Shown in pieces: positions 1 to 13,600 of a stretch of DNA of 64,000 nucleotides. The notes beneath the pieces were generated by a model. That model was given only the letters and a program-made list of their open reading frames with translations. It did no database searches and was not told the DNA's origin. Within the stretch, counting starts at the first letter, position 1. The number at the start of each line of letters is the position of its first letter. Source of the stretch: Lates japonicus (Eukaryota). The stretch spans positions 156,481 through 220,480 of the forward strand of contig BRZM01000133.1 of the NCBI GenBank assembly GCA_033238685.1, in the 5' to 3' direction. A program made the translations under genes and the position numbers.

Positions 1-3000
1 GCTTAGAGCCCTGATCTATAAATCTGCTGGTTTTGAAGTATTTCACACCTGTGTCCTGAAGCCCGCTTCCGCCATCACCGCTAACATAAAGGTGCCTCTA
101 TATCGACACTGATTGGTTTATGAACAGTCTGACGTCACGTGTTGGCCAGTCTACATCCTCCAAAGATAATCTGTGTTTCATCATTTTAGCATTTTCATCA
201 TTGAACCAACCAGTTAAACATTTTGTCTCCTCCTCGCTGCCACACTCATTTTAACCGCTTCCAGTTATTCTTCTTCTACTGTTTAATGGTGACAATGTTT
301 TCTTTCTCTACTGTCGATGAGTGACACCCAATAAATCCTGTCATTAGTCCAAAAGTCAGGAACCAAAACCACAGTTCAGTTTGATCCAGACCGAGACCAC
401 CTCGGTTGGTCCACCAAAGTCTGAGGCATTTTTCATTCCGTTGTTTCACACCTGGACCAGCAAAGGAGAAATGAAAGCAGCAGAGTTATGTTTCCCAGTC
501 CCAGATTTCTTCTGTTTATTGTCGCATCACAGTAAACTGAACATCTTGGGCCCAAACAGGAAGTAAAGATGAATATCACTGTTTCAACATTTTACAAATT
601 AAAAGACCGTTGTAAATATGACAGTAAAGTACATGAAACCAATTATTAACCGCATCTGGCAAACATACGTAGACTCTCATAGACAACCATTTTACTCTAC
701 GCTCCACAGTCCTTAATATCTAACCACCCTCCCCATGTGTAGCTACAGTAGAGAAACAAAGCTACGGGCCATATGTGGTGGTCTGTAAATAAAAAATAAA
801 GTCCAGGTGATATTTAGATATTAAAATATAGAGGAAGAAAGAAAAGAAGAAATGAATAAAGAGGGAGGGTTGTTTTTGTTGCCTTCGTCCCGCCTTCTGT
901 GGTGCAACGAGCGATGGCATTGATGTGGGTGCAGGAGAGACAGCGCTGAGGGAGGGCTCCAAGGTAATGGATGGATTACTGAGAGAGAGAGAGTCACAAA
1001 GAGCAGGAGAGAGGACGGAGGAAGACAAGAAATCTTTCAGTCGTGATCTAAAGACTTTACGCCAGGGAACCGTCTCCGAAAACAGCCTGTCAGAGTCAGG
1101 AGGCCAAAGCTCGAGGGGTGCCAGAAAGTAGTAGTAGAGTTGTAGGAGTGAGATAATTAGGTGTGAACAGGGAGAGTTGAGCTCTGAAGGCAGTCCGATG
1201 AAGACTCTTATTGCGAGCAGACAGTCAGACAGAGTAAAGAGGTGGTTTCAGTCCATTAATGGACTTTTCTGGATTTTAGTTTGATTGAAGTTCTACTCAA
1301 ATAAATCAGTCAGATCATTTTAACTGTATTAGTGTGCAGAGTCTGCCTCTGACCAAACAACATGTTTAGATAACTGTTTAATTTACTCAAATTTCCAGCT
1401 TCTGGAAAGTTTCAGAATGTATCAAGTTTGATAATCTGATCAGAGTCGTTGATCCCAAAGGAGGCTGCAGACCTCCATGCTGGGACTACAAACCTCCTCA
1501 CCTTGACCCTCCCCTCTCTGTAGAGAAAGGAGGCCCCTGTGACCTCACCCCCATCACCCCACCACTTGTCATCAAGGAGGAGAGAATAAAAGGTGGGGTG
1601 GGAAGGGGACCGAGAGAGTTGCACCTCTCCACAGAGACCCTGACCCCCCCGCCATAGTTATATACCCCCAGACTGATGCTCAGACAGAGAGGAGAGTTAC
1701 AGAGACCTCAGCTGGGAGTAGTAAGCCCATTCCCGTAAGAGAGCCACACCACAGAGCTGTTTTTTATCCGCCTGAAACAAACCACAGTAAAGCGCAGCTG
1801 TTCCACATGTTTGGCTGTGGTCATGCAGAAGACACTGATCTTTCATCATCAGTCTGACCTCTGTTGGTCAATATGGAGGCAGATGAGTTATGGTGTTGTT
1901 TTACAGTGTTTTCGATCAGGGACACGAGAGGTTTGTTAATGTTTCATTTCTTTTTGTGTTAAGTCACATATAACACTCCTTTTAGTCTAAAGTTTGACAT
2001 ATCAGCTGAATCACTATATGAGCCTCATAAATCCAAACTCTGCTGTGTGGTAAATGAAGCATTAATAGAAATGAACAGCAGCTGCGGGATATCTGAGTGT
2101 GGGAATCTGGATTTATGTGTGATTCTCTGTGATTTATTCTGATTATAGATGAAGAAATACTTCAAGTTAAATGTGCTTAGAGACGGTCACTCAGTTAAAA
2201 AGGGTGACGAGGTGTCAGTTCATCACTGTGTACAAATGGCAGAGATATCTGGAGTTATAATATAACATTAGTGGAGTATTGAAGGATAAAGTTTGGTTTG
2301 GTCTTGTGTTCACAGCCGCTTTTACAGTCAGTTGGAGAGTGAGACTACTGCTCAGCCGAGGACGCTGCATCCATCTCTCAGACCGGACTTTAAGACCTGG
2401 ACTCCCAGTCTCAGCAGTCAGCAAACATGGAATTGACCAAGGATGTCTTCATGCTGAAACATCCTGTCTTCAGTTTTTCACAGTAAAGCAAACCTCACCA
2501 ATTTTATTATGAGTCCCGTCTTATCTCAGGTTAGGAAAACTCTAAACATCTGTTACCATCTGTTACTGTAGCAACCTAATTTCACTGTCCTCCTCTTCTC
2601 TCTCTTGTCGCCAAGGCGCCTGAGCTTAAAGATGAAGAGTTGGACGTGTTGCGGTGTGACAGATGACAGACGATGCAGATAGCAGTTGTGGACGCCGGGT
2701 CCAGAGCGCTCAGACTGAGCGAATGAGTCTGTTACAGCTTGATGGGTTTCTCTCTCAGATACAGCCTCTCTCTCTTTCTCTCTCTCCTCCTCCTGGACAA
2801 AGGCCAGAGCTCCCACCATCACAGCCGCTTTCACACGGACTCATTCCAGCTCTTTCCAGAAACCCCGCCCACACAGCGAGCTGAAGGGCAGCGCCAGCGC
2901 AGACTCAAACACTAATTTGTCTCACGGGACGAAAAGAAGCTCCCAGATTACACTGTGTGTTTGTTTCTCACACACACACACCCAGCATGCATGTCGATAA

Positions 3001-4395
3001 AGATATATTGTTGTGATGAACGCTCACACACACCAACACACCCCTAACTCACTTTGATGTGTGACAGGTCTGGGTTGATTTGCCCCCAGCTTCAGTCAGC
3101 CTGCAGGTCCACACCAATTCATACCTCCCTCTCTACATATTAACTACACCTTCACTCAATTCAACATGAGGAATAAATTCAACACAGCAGAGGTCCACAT
3201 CCACCTGAGAGGAGTAATCTGAGCTGAAATCAATAAATGTAAGTGTCTGAGTTAGAAGGGAAAAGTATGTCAGTTATTGTTCAGACAGAGGAGAGCTGGA
3301 TGCCTTTTCTGTTTCATTAAATATAATCCTCTGTATTTTCGTTCTCTGAATCTGTTTAACGTTAATGTTTTATTTGTCACTGGTCGCAGAGTGTTATTCA
3401 TTGTCATCGTTGCTCGACAAAAGACAATTTATCCTCCTTTGCTTAACGCGACGGGATGAATAAATCCAGCAGGAAACCTCAGAGAGCTCAGACTCTGCAT
3501 TCCATTTGTTATTCTAATCACACAAGTTTTATCCTGATTCTTAATCTGTATCTGATGCAGAATCACTGCCTGTAAGGAGCCTCACCTCTGTTGAGTGTGA
3601 CAAGAAATAATGTTCATTAACTTTCCTGAAACTGTGTGGGAAATGAGCACTGGTTCTGAACCTGCAACAACACAGAACCACAGAAACAAGACAAACACTA
3701 CAAAACTCCTGTTTTTGTCACCGAGCTTGCAGTGATATATAGAGATGTTTCTAAGTGTGGATCCACCTTTTAATAAAGCTCTTGGTTCTGTAGGAACCTA
3801 TCAACAGTGCTGTCTTTAGTGGACAGATTTTGATGCTGTGGATAGGTGTCCACTGACTCTAAAGATCCCCAGTGTTCAGATCGAACCAGACTCCTCTCTC
3901 ACGTTTGAGGGTTTCAGTGAACACAAACCTCAGTTTCACCTTTTCTGAGCTTCATCTGCCAGAACACAGCTGTCGTAAATGTTGTTGTTTAATGTTAATG
4001 TTAAAGCTGTTAACATTGAAATAAATATACAGCTGCCAGGCTAGCCCTGTGGTTTGTCGGCTGACTTTTAATCTGACAGATGTTAACAACAGACTAAAAG
4101 CTTTCATTTCAGCTGAGTCATAGCAGAAACGGTCTGAATAGAAAAGAACAAGGAAAAGTTCAGGCGTGAGGTCAGGAGTCTGGTTTGCTGACTGACCGTG
4201 GCGAACATGATCCGACATCAACAAATGGAGCTGCTGATGCCGGGCGGACGCTGAGGATTGTAAAGGGCGTGTTAGCGGTGTTAGGTTTAGATGCAGCCTG
4301 TGACATTGCAGCGGGGCGGAGCTGCATCACCCGCAGCACCGATGAATAATGAAAACCTTCCTGCCTGAGATCCACATCCCCACGAGGCTATTAGC

Positions 4396-4398
4396 CCC

Positions 4399-4431
<33 letters not shown>
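4396..4431. repeat. (CA)n microsatellite.
   Basis: 'cacacacacacacacacacacacacacacac'. Similar (GT)n or (CA)n runs occur at 14533-14552, 39252-39272, 45182-45212, 46357-46374, 60361-60384 and 62228-62244. Confidence 0.9.
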
Positions 4432-4433
<2 letters not shown>

Positions 4434-7092
4434 TAACACTGAGGGGAAAGCAACATGCACAGTTCAGACCTGCTGATGTTGTGTCCAAATATCCCCAGAG
4501 CTGAACTATTCATCCATTGTGCCTACAAACTAAAAATCACTTGAGAAAGCAGCGCCCCTGCAGGGGAGGAGGGTCATAATACCCATGATCCCCGGCCTCT
4601 GGAGCAGGAAGTATGGTTGTAAATAAAACAAACCTCTACTGCCCTTTATGGCTTCCTGGCTGGAGATCAGAGATGATCAGACTTAATACAGGTGTAATCA
4701 TTAACCTGTACTATGAAAGGTGGATAGGTCTGTTTCACACCGCCTCTGTGACTGAGTCTAAACTACAACCCTGCCCGTACCAACAAACAACACAAACCAA
4801 TCTAAGCAATAGAGATTCTAATCACGACGCCTTGGCATCATTGCATTGGAATCGGGGTTTGTTTACCCGACTTCTGATAACCCTCAGTTAACGGCCTCAG
4901 GGTGTTCAGGGAGCAGGTGGACTGATGGAGACTGTTACACTGAACCATCACAAGGTGATTTGAAGGCAAACACTGAGCATCATTGATTTAACCAGTCAGC
5001 CCATCGTAACCTGACAAATTGTAGGGTGAGTCACCAGCAGGTAAATGTCTGAATGTTTCCTGCTCCTGTGATTTTCTGTGTTTCTGTGTTTTTATATATC
5101 CGATGAAAAGACATTTCAACACATCACTGAGATTTGTAGCAAACAGCTAAACTGGGTAGCTGTAGCTCTGGGGTGACTTAACTTTCCCAGACTAGTCTCA
5201 TCGCCCTGTACTAAGCTTCATCCAGGCTCTTGAACACTTCCTATCTAATTGGCTGAGTCCACCTCTGCCCTTGACCTTGATCCCTCTTGCTCTCTCTGCC
5301 CCTCTGAGAGGCCAAATAAAGGAGCACAACACTGGATGGAGTCTCGTGACTGATGTAGGTCTACAGTCTGTTTTCCTGCGCTCCGTCCTCTCTCTCGTGA
5401 GCTTTTGTTACAACAGGAGGTTGACTCAGAGTCGTTGCCCATGGTTGTGAGGTTTAAACTACAGAGCTGGACTCTGACAGGATACACTTTGACCTTGGAA
5501 ATATCTGGGACAACTTACTGTAGAGACAACTTTAAAGAAACAGTCTGCTGCTGCTCTAAATTTTGTTATTACAAAACAGTGATCAAACCAACAGTGTGTT
5601 TGTCTCAACACTTCTCTCTCTGTCTGTGGCTCCACAGATTATTATATAATCTTTAAAAACACCTCACAAATATATTGTTTCATTTTAAAAAAAAAAAAGT
5701 ATCAAAATCTAGTTGCTCCTGTATTTTTATCAAACAAACAGGAGGAACCATATGTAGTGGTGGGGACTATCGGATCAATGACACTGTCATGATAATCATG
5801 AAAATTGGGCCTTTAAATGGCTGTAAAACACATTGAAACTTACTTATATTTTGGTAAGAAACAAATACTTAATAAAACATAGACACAGTTTTTTTATGAA
5901 ACCAATCAACAGTCTTGAGGTAATTATAAATCATGTAATTATAATCAATGGGTTTGAAACTTATGGGCTGTATTGAGTGAATGTTTTCAGTCAATTCTCC
6001 GGAGGGAGCTATTTGTTGTTTAGCCACATATAACATTACCCAGCTAACGTTTAACCACTGGTGACCAAAACAGACTGGTAATGCAGAATCCAACATTTAG
6101 ATGAATGTTAACGTAGTATAACGAACCCAGTTGCTATGTTCAGTAACTACTGTAACGTTAACTAGTTAGCATTACTAGTTAGTTAACTCACCTAAAGTTA
6201 CTGGCTAAAATCAGAGGAGTTTATTTGCCACTCCTGAGGATAACGATTATCCCCATGATCAACTTATTAAAGCGTGTTTTCTGTGACAACAAATCAAAGC
6301 ATACTGTCACATCCTCATTGGGGGACTATTTTCAGCCAAGTGATGAACCACATTTGGTGCCTTTGAGTATTTCTCAGCAGCAGGATCGGTGTGTTTGTGG
6401 AATACACAGCGCCTGTGGATCCGGGGAGTCGATATCATCAGGGCCAGGACTGAAAAGGCTCATCAAAGTCAGTAGGAATCATCCTCCCCTCTGAGACATT
6501 GACTGCCAAATGGGAGGATCCACTGAATATGGCGCGATGTATTTTGCCCAGACCAAAGCGATGGATCACTGGACGAAGCAAACAAACAAGTGATAGATGA
6601 GACAATCTCAGAGTCAGAGGGAGCCGGGCTGAGATGTTACAGGGAGGATAATAAAAACCCTGAAACAAAGAGAAATATTAATGAGGAGAGACAAAACTTT
6701 CATCTGCTGCTCCTCCGGCCAACGAGCTCGAGGGGAAATTTAACCAGTCACATTTCATCGACTGACGCGGCAATGGGAACAGACTGAAAGGAGGCTCCAG
6801 TTCAGGCAGAGAAGGTAACAAACAAGATCTAAATGATGTTCCACACCAGCATCACTCAGCCAGTCTGCTGACTCAGCTGAACAGACCGAGCAGCAGCAGA
6901 ACCTCCTAACGAAGCCCTTGTAGACTCGCTCTGGTTTCCAGCTCTAGCAGCAGCAGCAGGAGCATGTGAGTGGAAACTGTTTTATAGATGCAGAGGGAGC
7001 AGAGTAATGACTGGACACGGAGCAGAAACACCCTCGCTCAGAGAAATGTGTCCAGAAAAATGTCTTTTTATAGTGTTGACTTCATCACTTAC

Positions 7093-7144
7093 CCATCTGA
7101 GTCCTGGTAGTTCACGTTCAGTCTCTTGGTGGAGCCCAGCAACT
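7093..7144 (-). CDS. caskin2: caskin2 coding exon 2. It encodes (K)LLGSTKRLNVNYQDSDG, the start of the first ankyrin repeat.
   Basis: AG acceptor (ttttgcag|AGTTGCTGG) and strong GTAAGT donor. The translation matches 16 of 17 residues of human CASKIN2 'KLLGSTKRLNVNYQDADG'. Phase is continuous with exon 1: a+ag gives K. Confidence 0.75.
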
Positions 7145-7451
7145 CTGCAAAACACAAGACAACACACCATATTAATGTTTCATCATTATATGGACCTGAT
7201 ATCTGCTCATTCTCTCCTGTGTTACGTCCAGCTCCTGCAGTAAAACTCTCCTGGTTGAATCACCAGGACAAAAGTGTTTGAAAACATCTGGTTCTCTGAT
7301 AAAAAGTCAGAGCTACACAAACGTCTGTGGATGTAAAAACTGAAGGAGAAAGGTCAACTACAACTCCCAGGGTGCATTTCACTAACAAACATCCAACAGA
7401 CCATCATCCACGTCAAAGTCCGTCCACTGAAGTTCTAGTTTTTGCCTCTTT

Positions 7452-7620
7452 TATTAAAGAGATCAGAACCAGAAACATCACTACATATCAGTACCAGACT
7501 CCATTGACAAAAACAGGTATTTTACAGAGCAGAACACAGGAGCTGCTGTTGATTTTATTGTATGATTTTCAGTATTTTAGTGTGTTTGTGTTACTGAGAG
7601 CAGATTTTCCAGTGAAGTAC
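7452..7620. mobile_element. Family A degenerate solo arm, with the tail of the 5' extension, in caskin2 intron 2.
   Basis: 'ttattaaagagatcagaaccagaaacatcactacatatcagtaccagactccattgacaaaaacaggtattttacagagc…gtgtttgtgttactgagag'. Confidence 0.55.
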
Positions 7621-10600
7621 GAAGCGTCTGGTGTCCAAAATTGAAATGAACAATATTCACACAATCATTAAATTCAGAATTTTTACATTTGTAGGTATTT
7701 TTCAAAACGATAATTGACTGATAAAATGAAAACAAAGAGCAGGATCCACTCACACAGAATAAAGAAGTTGTGGTTCATGCACAGCCATGATAATCTACCA
7801 GACAACGTTCACCAACTCTCTGTATGTGACAGATGTGTACGGCCTTTCACTCTCTAGTTAATATGTAGTATCTATGGGAGGGAGCTTCCATCCCTGCAGG
7901 ACAATGAACAATAGAGATTGAGTGTCTGGTTTGAGGGACCCAGGAGGAGACGGACTGGAGATCCCAGGTCCTCTCAGGCAGTCCAGGAAATCCAGTCGGT
8001 ATCTGGGAGGAGATAGGTGGATGTTTCCTGCAGAGAGTTTACTCAGCAGGCGGAGACACCTGATCGTAAATCCTCCTCTGAGTGTCTCTGCTGGACCTCC
8101 CGAGGAAGCTTCATTAGCCTCTGACCCGGGTTTGACTTCCTCGGCTGGGTCAGAGGACGGTCTTCCGCTAAGATCCCCAGGAATAAAACCTTAGCAGCTC
8201 TTTGATGTGCTGCCAGACAAAGACTCCCTGCTTCTCCTTCTCCCACAGGCCTTTTCAGCCGTCACCCCCGTGGCTCCGCCACAGAATCCAGGTTTGGACG
8301 AAGCTTCCTCTTCCCTGCAGCCTCAGTTTGATTCGCACTCACTAGAATGCTGTGGCATTCAGGCCTTTAAACTGGTCGGACTCTCTGACAGTCTGCGCTC
8401 TGTTCGGTACAGTGGTGGCCTGGCCTGCGTCTAATCAGCATGTCATTATAATGCCACGGTCACTGACTCTGGACTGTAAGTCAGAAAGCTGCATTCACTC
8501 TCTGTCGGGCTCTCGGAGCGAAGGCCGCTGCCTCTGAATCATCAGACAATCACAGTTCTGTGCAGAAACACAGCTACAGCCGAGTACAGCATGTAGACCA
8601 GGGCTTCAGCTGAAACCTACAGCATTCAGAGAGGACCAGCTGATAATTCTCTAAGTTCATCATTCACACATTATGGTCACATTACAGCAGAGCTGGGTGA
8701 TAGATATGATCATGACTATGTGTCCCAAACTGATTGATATCGACTGTGAGTTTATAGAGTATCCTGATCCAGTGGGCTCATTAGTTAAACTTCGATCACA
8801 GATTTCTCAGATAGGACCTTCTATGTAGAGGAGCAGATTAGACAGTCAGCAGTTTGTGAAAAGTATTTCCTGTCTGGGAGTTTGTAGCTACAGTCCAGAA
8901 CTTTAATCAGTTTCCTGAACACATCGTTCTCTGCTGAGCTCAGAGGAATCATGTCTTTAACTGAGGAGGAGGAAAATGTGTTTGTTATATTCGAACCTTC
9001 TTTTTGACCACAGGATAGATGTTAGTTTTGGTTCAGCCCTGTTAGCTGTTAGCCCTGTTAGCTGTTAGCCCTGCTAGGACTCGGTGTGGACGGACAAACA
9101 GCATCTTCATCCTCTCTGTGTGGTCTCTGGGATGAAACCTTTTCAGCTGATTGAAAAGATTTGTTGTGTTTCCATCTGTGTTGGTACCGACCGGCGACAT
9201 GTTTTTCAGACCGTCTTCATCTGAACTTCATCACCGTGACCTTTGTTGTCGACAGTTTCCTGTTCAGAGGATAAAGTCAGTTCTTCACTTTCGAGCCTCT
9301 CTCTGGTTCCACTCATGTTTCTGACTTGTCCACAGCTTTCTGTACTTTGATATGACCTGTTTCTTGTTTGCATGTAGACTCAGTGACAGCAGGTGAGTGT
9401 GACATTGCTGTAGTCAGAGTTTACTGTGGGAGGTCAAAGGTTGGTCAGCAGGCGCTTTCACAGGGGATGATGGGAAAATGACCCCAGACAGAGAATCCAC
9501 CCTCGGACTGGACACCAGCACAGCTCTCCTCTGATCAGGACCTGACGAAGGCTGCATGAGGCAGAATGTCGTTTTTAACATCTCTACCCCCGCCCCTCCA
9601 AATTTAACCTCCACCACCACCCGTTACCCCCCCTCCTCCCCTCCTCCCCCAACAACAGAGCGTTTGAAGTGTTTAAGATCTCGGGGAAACACAGCAGGCT
9701 TTCCCTCTGGGGATCAGAGCGCTGCTTTGATAATGACCTGGATTTTATAATTAATGGGAATAAATCAAGACAAAAATGAAAACCCAGACACACAGTGAAC
9801 ATGAAAACTCTCCTCATTAAAAGATTTTTTTTTTCATAACATGCTACATTAGAAGTCAGCCCAACAAAAACTCCTGTGGTTAAAAACAGAGGCCTCATTT
9901 TGAAAAAGATGGTGGACGGGTTTCAGTCATGAAGTAAAGTAAACTACTGACATGTTGCCAAACATGGTTTCCTGTCAGGAGCAGGTGGTGGTGATGGTCA
10001 CTCACCAACAACTTCAGCCATCGTGACTAGAATACGCCCTCAGAGCTACTTCTTCAGAAGCTACAGTGAGGTGCTATCAGAAAGTGATGAGACAGACTGG
10101 GGGTAGCTGGTTAGCATGCTAACTTCAGCAGAAGAAGTGACAGTAACAGAGGGAGACAACCCTTTGTGAGTAAATCAATGAAGTTTGATGCTGTGGACCG
10201 GTCAGTAAACAGCTGTTAATGCTAACATTAGCTATGTAGCGATAGCAAAAACATACAAACAGCTTGTTTAAAGGCAGCAGCTGAGGTCTCAGGGCCTCAG
10301 GAGTCATCGAGACCTGAACTTCTCTCTGAGAAACCAAAATGGCTGAAGCTCTCGATGAGTAAACTGCTGTTTATGCTAACATTTGCGATGTAGCAATAGC
10401 AAAAACGTACATATAGCATCTTTACGTTTGGCTGTTTGGAAGAACTTTAAACATTTTTGATATCTGACGTGGCTGAATGCCACATCTCATGAACTAGTTC
10501 TGAGATCAAAACTGTCTCCTAGAAATTCTGTTTTTATACGACTCAACTGCAACAAAACAAAATATGATCTCTGTAAGGATCATGTTTATTGAGTGAATGA

Positions 10601-13600
10601 CTTTTGTGTCTAAATGTCTGTTTGTAGCATCACCAAAAAAAGTCCTGCATATCAGCGAGGTCGATCTGATATCAAACCCCCCTCATCATTTACTGACAGC
10701 TCAGGGCGCGCTGACCTCCAACAGGAAACAGTCACCAGTTGATGCTAAATATCGTAGCCAACGGTCGTCTTAAGGCTATCATCATCTGCTGCACATTTGT
10801 TCAAAGTTATTTTTACTGCTGTTTATGGAGCGAGGCGGAGAGAGGCCCGGAGCCGAGCTGCAGCCTGTTTGCAGGGACTCGGCCTCTTTTTATAATTTCA
10901 GGCGAAAGTTTAACGTCCCGTGGATCTGCTGCCACAAGAATGCAGCGAGAGGAGGAGGACGAGGTTTCTGCAGGAGTCTGCACATTTGAAAGGTCTTGTT
11001 GGGACCGGGCCCGTGGACCAGAGTCTCGGGCTGAAAGAGAATCTGTTGTAAAAAATCTACCGACTAAAATTAGACGACCACTGTGAGTATCAAAACTATG
11101 ATTACACGTCTGCAGGCAACGCCTCACATATCTCCCTGTTTCTCAGGGCTCAAACGGCTGCATTCAAGACAAAGCAATAAACAAAAACCAGGACTGTTAC
11201 ATGGCAGCCCGTCATTTTCCTCTCTCCTCTCATTGTGGTGGAGCGTCGAGGCCGAGCAGCAGCTCTGCACTGAAGCTAAGTTTTCTTTCAAGAACTCTGG
11301 CCGTGCTCCAAACACACCACAACAGACTGCAGTCAGAAACTGTTCCCTGAAACACAGCTGAAGTCCAGCTCCCACCACTTAAGATTTATACTGCAGATTA
11401 CATCTCGCAGTCTAAATATAAACAGGCCTTCCAGTTTGAAAAGCAGCCGTAAAGGAGCGATACGAGTCTTCATCTGTTAATCAAACAGGAGAGAATCCAA
11501 ACGGCTGTTCATGTGGTTTCTGACTTTTACTACGATCTCACCTCCAACACTACAACACAGGGACAGCTCGGCTCACATGACGCTGCTGAGCCGCTCAGTT
11601 TACACTGCATGGCCAAAAGTATGTGGACACACCCTCAGCACTCCCTCCATAACATGTGACTGTGACACTGAGGACGTCTTTTCAGTTTATTCAGCAGAGA
11701 CGCCAAGTTTTCTCTCGTCTCCTGTTTCTCCATTCTAACTATCGACTGCTTCTCTCTCACTTACATCGTTATAACTCATATATCTTTGGTTTTCACACTG
11801 GACAGAAAACCCACCAGCATCTGGCTTTTATACAATTGGCATTCACTCCAAGGTCAAATGACTCTGCAGTATTCTCTGCAGTTAGTTATCGTCTCTAGCT
11901 CTGATCGGAAACATGACCCCGGCCAGGAAATGCAAATTTTCACCGCTTTTCCAGCACGATGCTGCAATGAGTGTCAAAGACGTTAGTGTGTAAACACTCA
12001 GGAACATTTGTTGTTTCTCACAGTCTACAGGAAAAACATGCGACAGCGATTTTGTCCTTCGTTCAGGCAGCGCTCAAACATCATTCAGTCGGAGTAGAGC
12101 TTGAAAAGACTGAAGTAAAGGACATGAAAAAGTCACGTAGATGCACCAGAACAATAAAACAGAAAGGTAAACTGGGTTTACTCGTGTTTAAAGAACCTGC
12201 ATATATGATATCATCTGACATTTTATAGATTAAATAAAACATCAGAAACCCTGCAGCTCAAACCATTTGCTTGAGCCTTTCTCTTATTATATATATATAC
12301 TGTATATACATTTTCTTCCTCAACCTTTTCTGTCGGCGTCTCCTGACCACATCATGTCAGCTAACGCCTGTAGCACATGTCGGACGCAGCGCAGAGATGC
12401 TACGCAGAAGAAATGAGCTGTGTCAACCTGGAGAGCAAATCTGAACATTTCTGAGAGTTAATGTTCATCAAGACGCCGCTGATTTACATCACACACTGTC
12501 CTCCATCAGTCAGATCTGGATCAGAAAAAGATGGCAAAATCAGTTGAGTAAATAATCTGCAGTGCAGTGTGAGTTCATGTGTCCTTCACGTCCCTCTTTA
12601 GTCAAACTCCAGTGTGTGATAGTGTCACTTAGAGATAGTGGGTTTGTTTGATGCAGCAGGTCTGATTGAAGATTGGAAGGTCTCAGAGGGAAACGTGGGC
12701 ACCAATCAGCAGCTCTCCCCCTCTCTCCTCCCCCTCTCTCCTCCCCCCCGGCCTTCAGAGAGCCTGGCACAGGAACACAGGAAGCTCTGGAAGTGTTTGT
12801 CCAAAGCAGGAGTGGGACACGTCTGTCTCTTATCTGCTGACTGAATGAGGACGGTGACGGCAGCGCAGCAGATCAGCTCGTCTTCTTTATTATCTGTGTC
12901 TCTGGAAGGGACGAGGACGAGGTGGAGGTTCGTCCCCTCAGCCTGTCCTCCAGCTCCACAGATGAAGAACGGCAGAGAGACAAAAGCTGCTCCAACCCCC
13001 CCAAAGTCTGGACTCAGTGCCAAACTGGACCACAATCACACAGATGCAAATAGACTCTGGTTTTATCAGTTTACTCACTGCAGCTCTGAGCAAGACAAAT
13101 ACAGCGGAGATGTTAGATATCAGACAGAGTCACAGTGACTCCAGCAGAGTCATTAAAATTCAAACTGCGCTGACAGAGAGTTGATGTTAAACCTCTGCAA
13201 ACATCTGCTCACAGTGAGGGGAAACCCCACCGACCGCAGGTAACAGCCATTTCCTGACACTGATCACTTTCTGATCAATCTGCAGCTCTGAGTTACAGCT
13301 GCTCACGACGCTCTCTGAACATTTGTGTCTTCACATCTGAGGACAGACAAACGATCAGAAAGTGTCTGGTTCGATCTCATGATCTGATTTGACTCCAGTT
13401 CTTGATTCAGATTCTTGATGCGATAAAAGAAGTGATTAAATCCAGTTTCAGGGACTTGTTTCCTGCCAACAACTCTTCCAGTTTGACTCCACACACACGT
13501 CCATGTTAAAGCCTCTCAGCCTGTCAGATGTGAGCGATGGCCCGGCTGCAGACTGAGCTGTGAAACCTGTCAAACCCTCTGATTTATCGTCTCTCAGCAG

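Noticed and set aside
1-7092. Further caskin2 exons (ankyrin repeats 1-6) downstream of exon 2.
   Set aside because: I searched the minus strand for ankyrin-consensus frames (ALHHAAL, PLHYAAWQG, TPLHLAA) and found none. Intron 2 presumably extends beyond the window start. The absence is not proof, because divergent short exons could have been missed.
10176-10420. A pair of 60-bp near-identical segments ('agtaaac.gctgtt.atgctaacatt.gc.atgtagc.atagcaaaaac.tacatatagc') as a possible regulatory duplication or RNA gene.
   Set aside because: It contains the 'gctaacattagc'-type palindromes common to teleost interspersed repeats. It is most simply a local tandem duplication of a repeat fragment, and there is no structural-RNA evidence.
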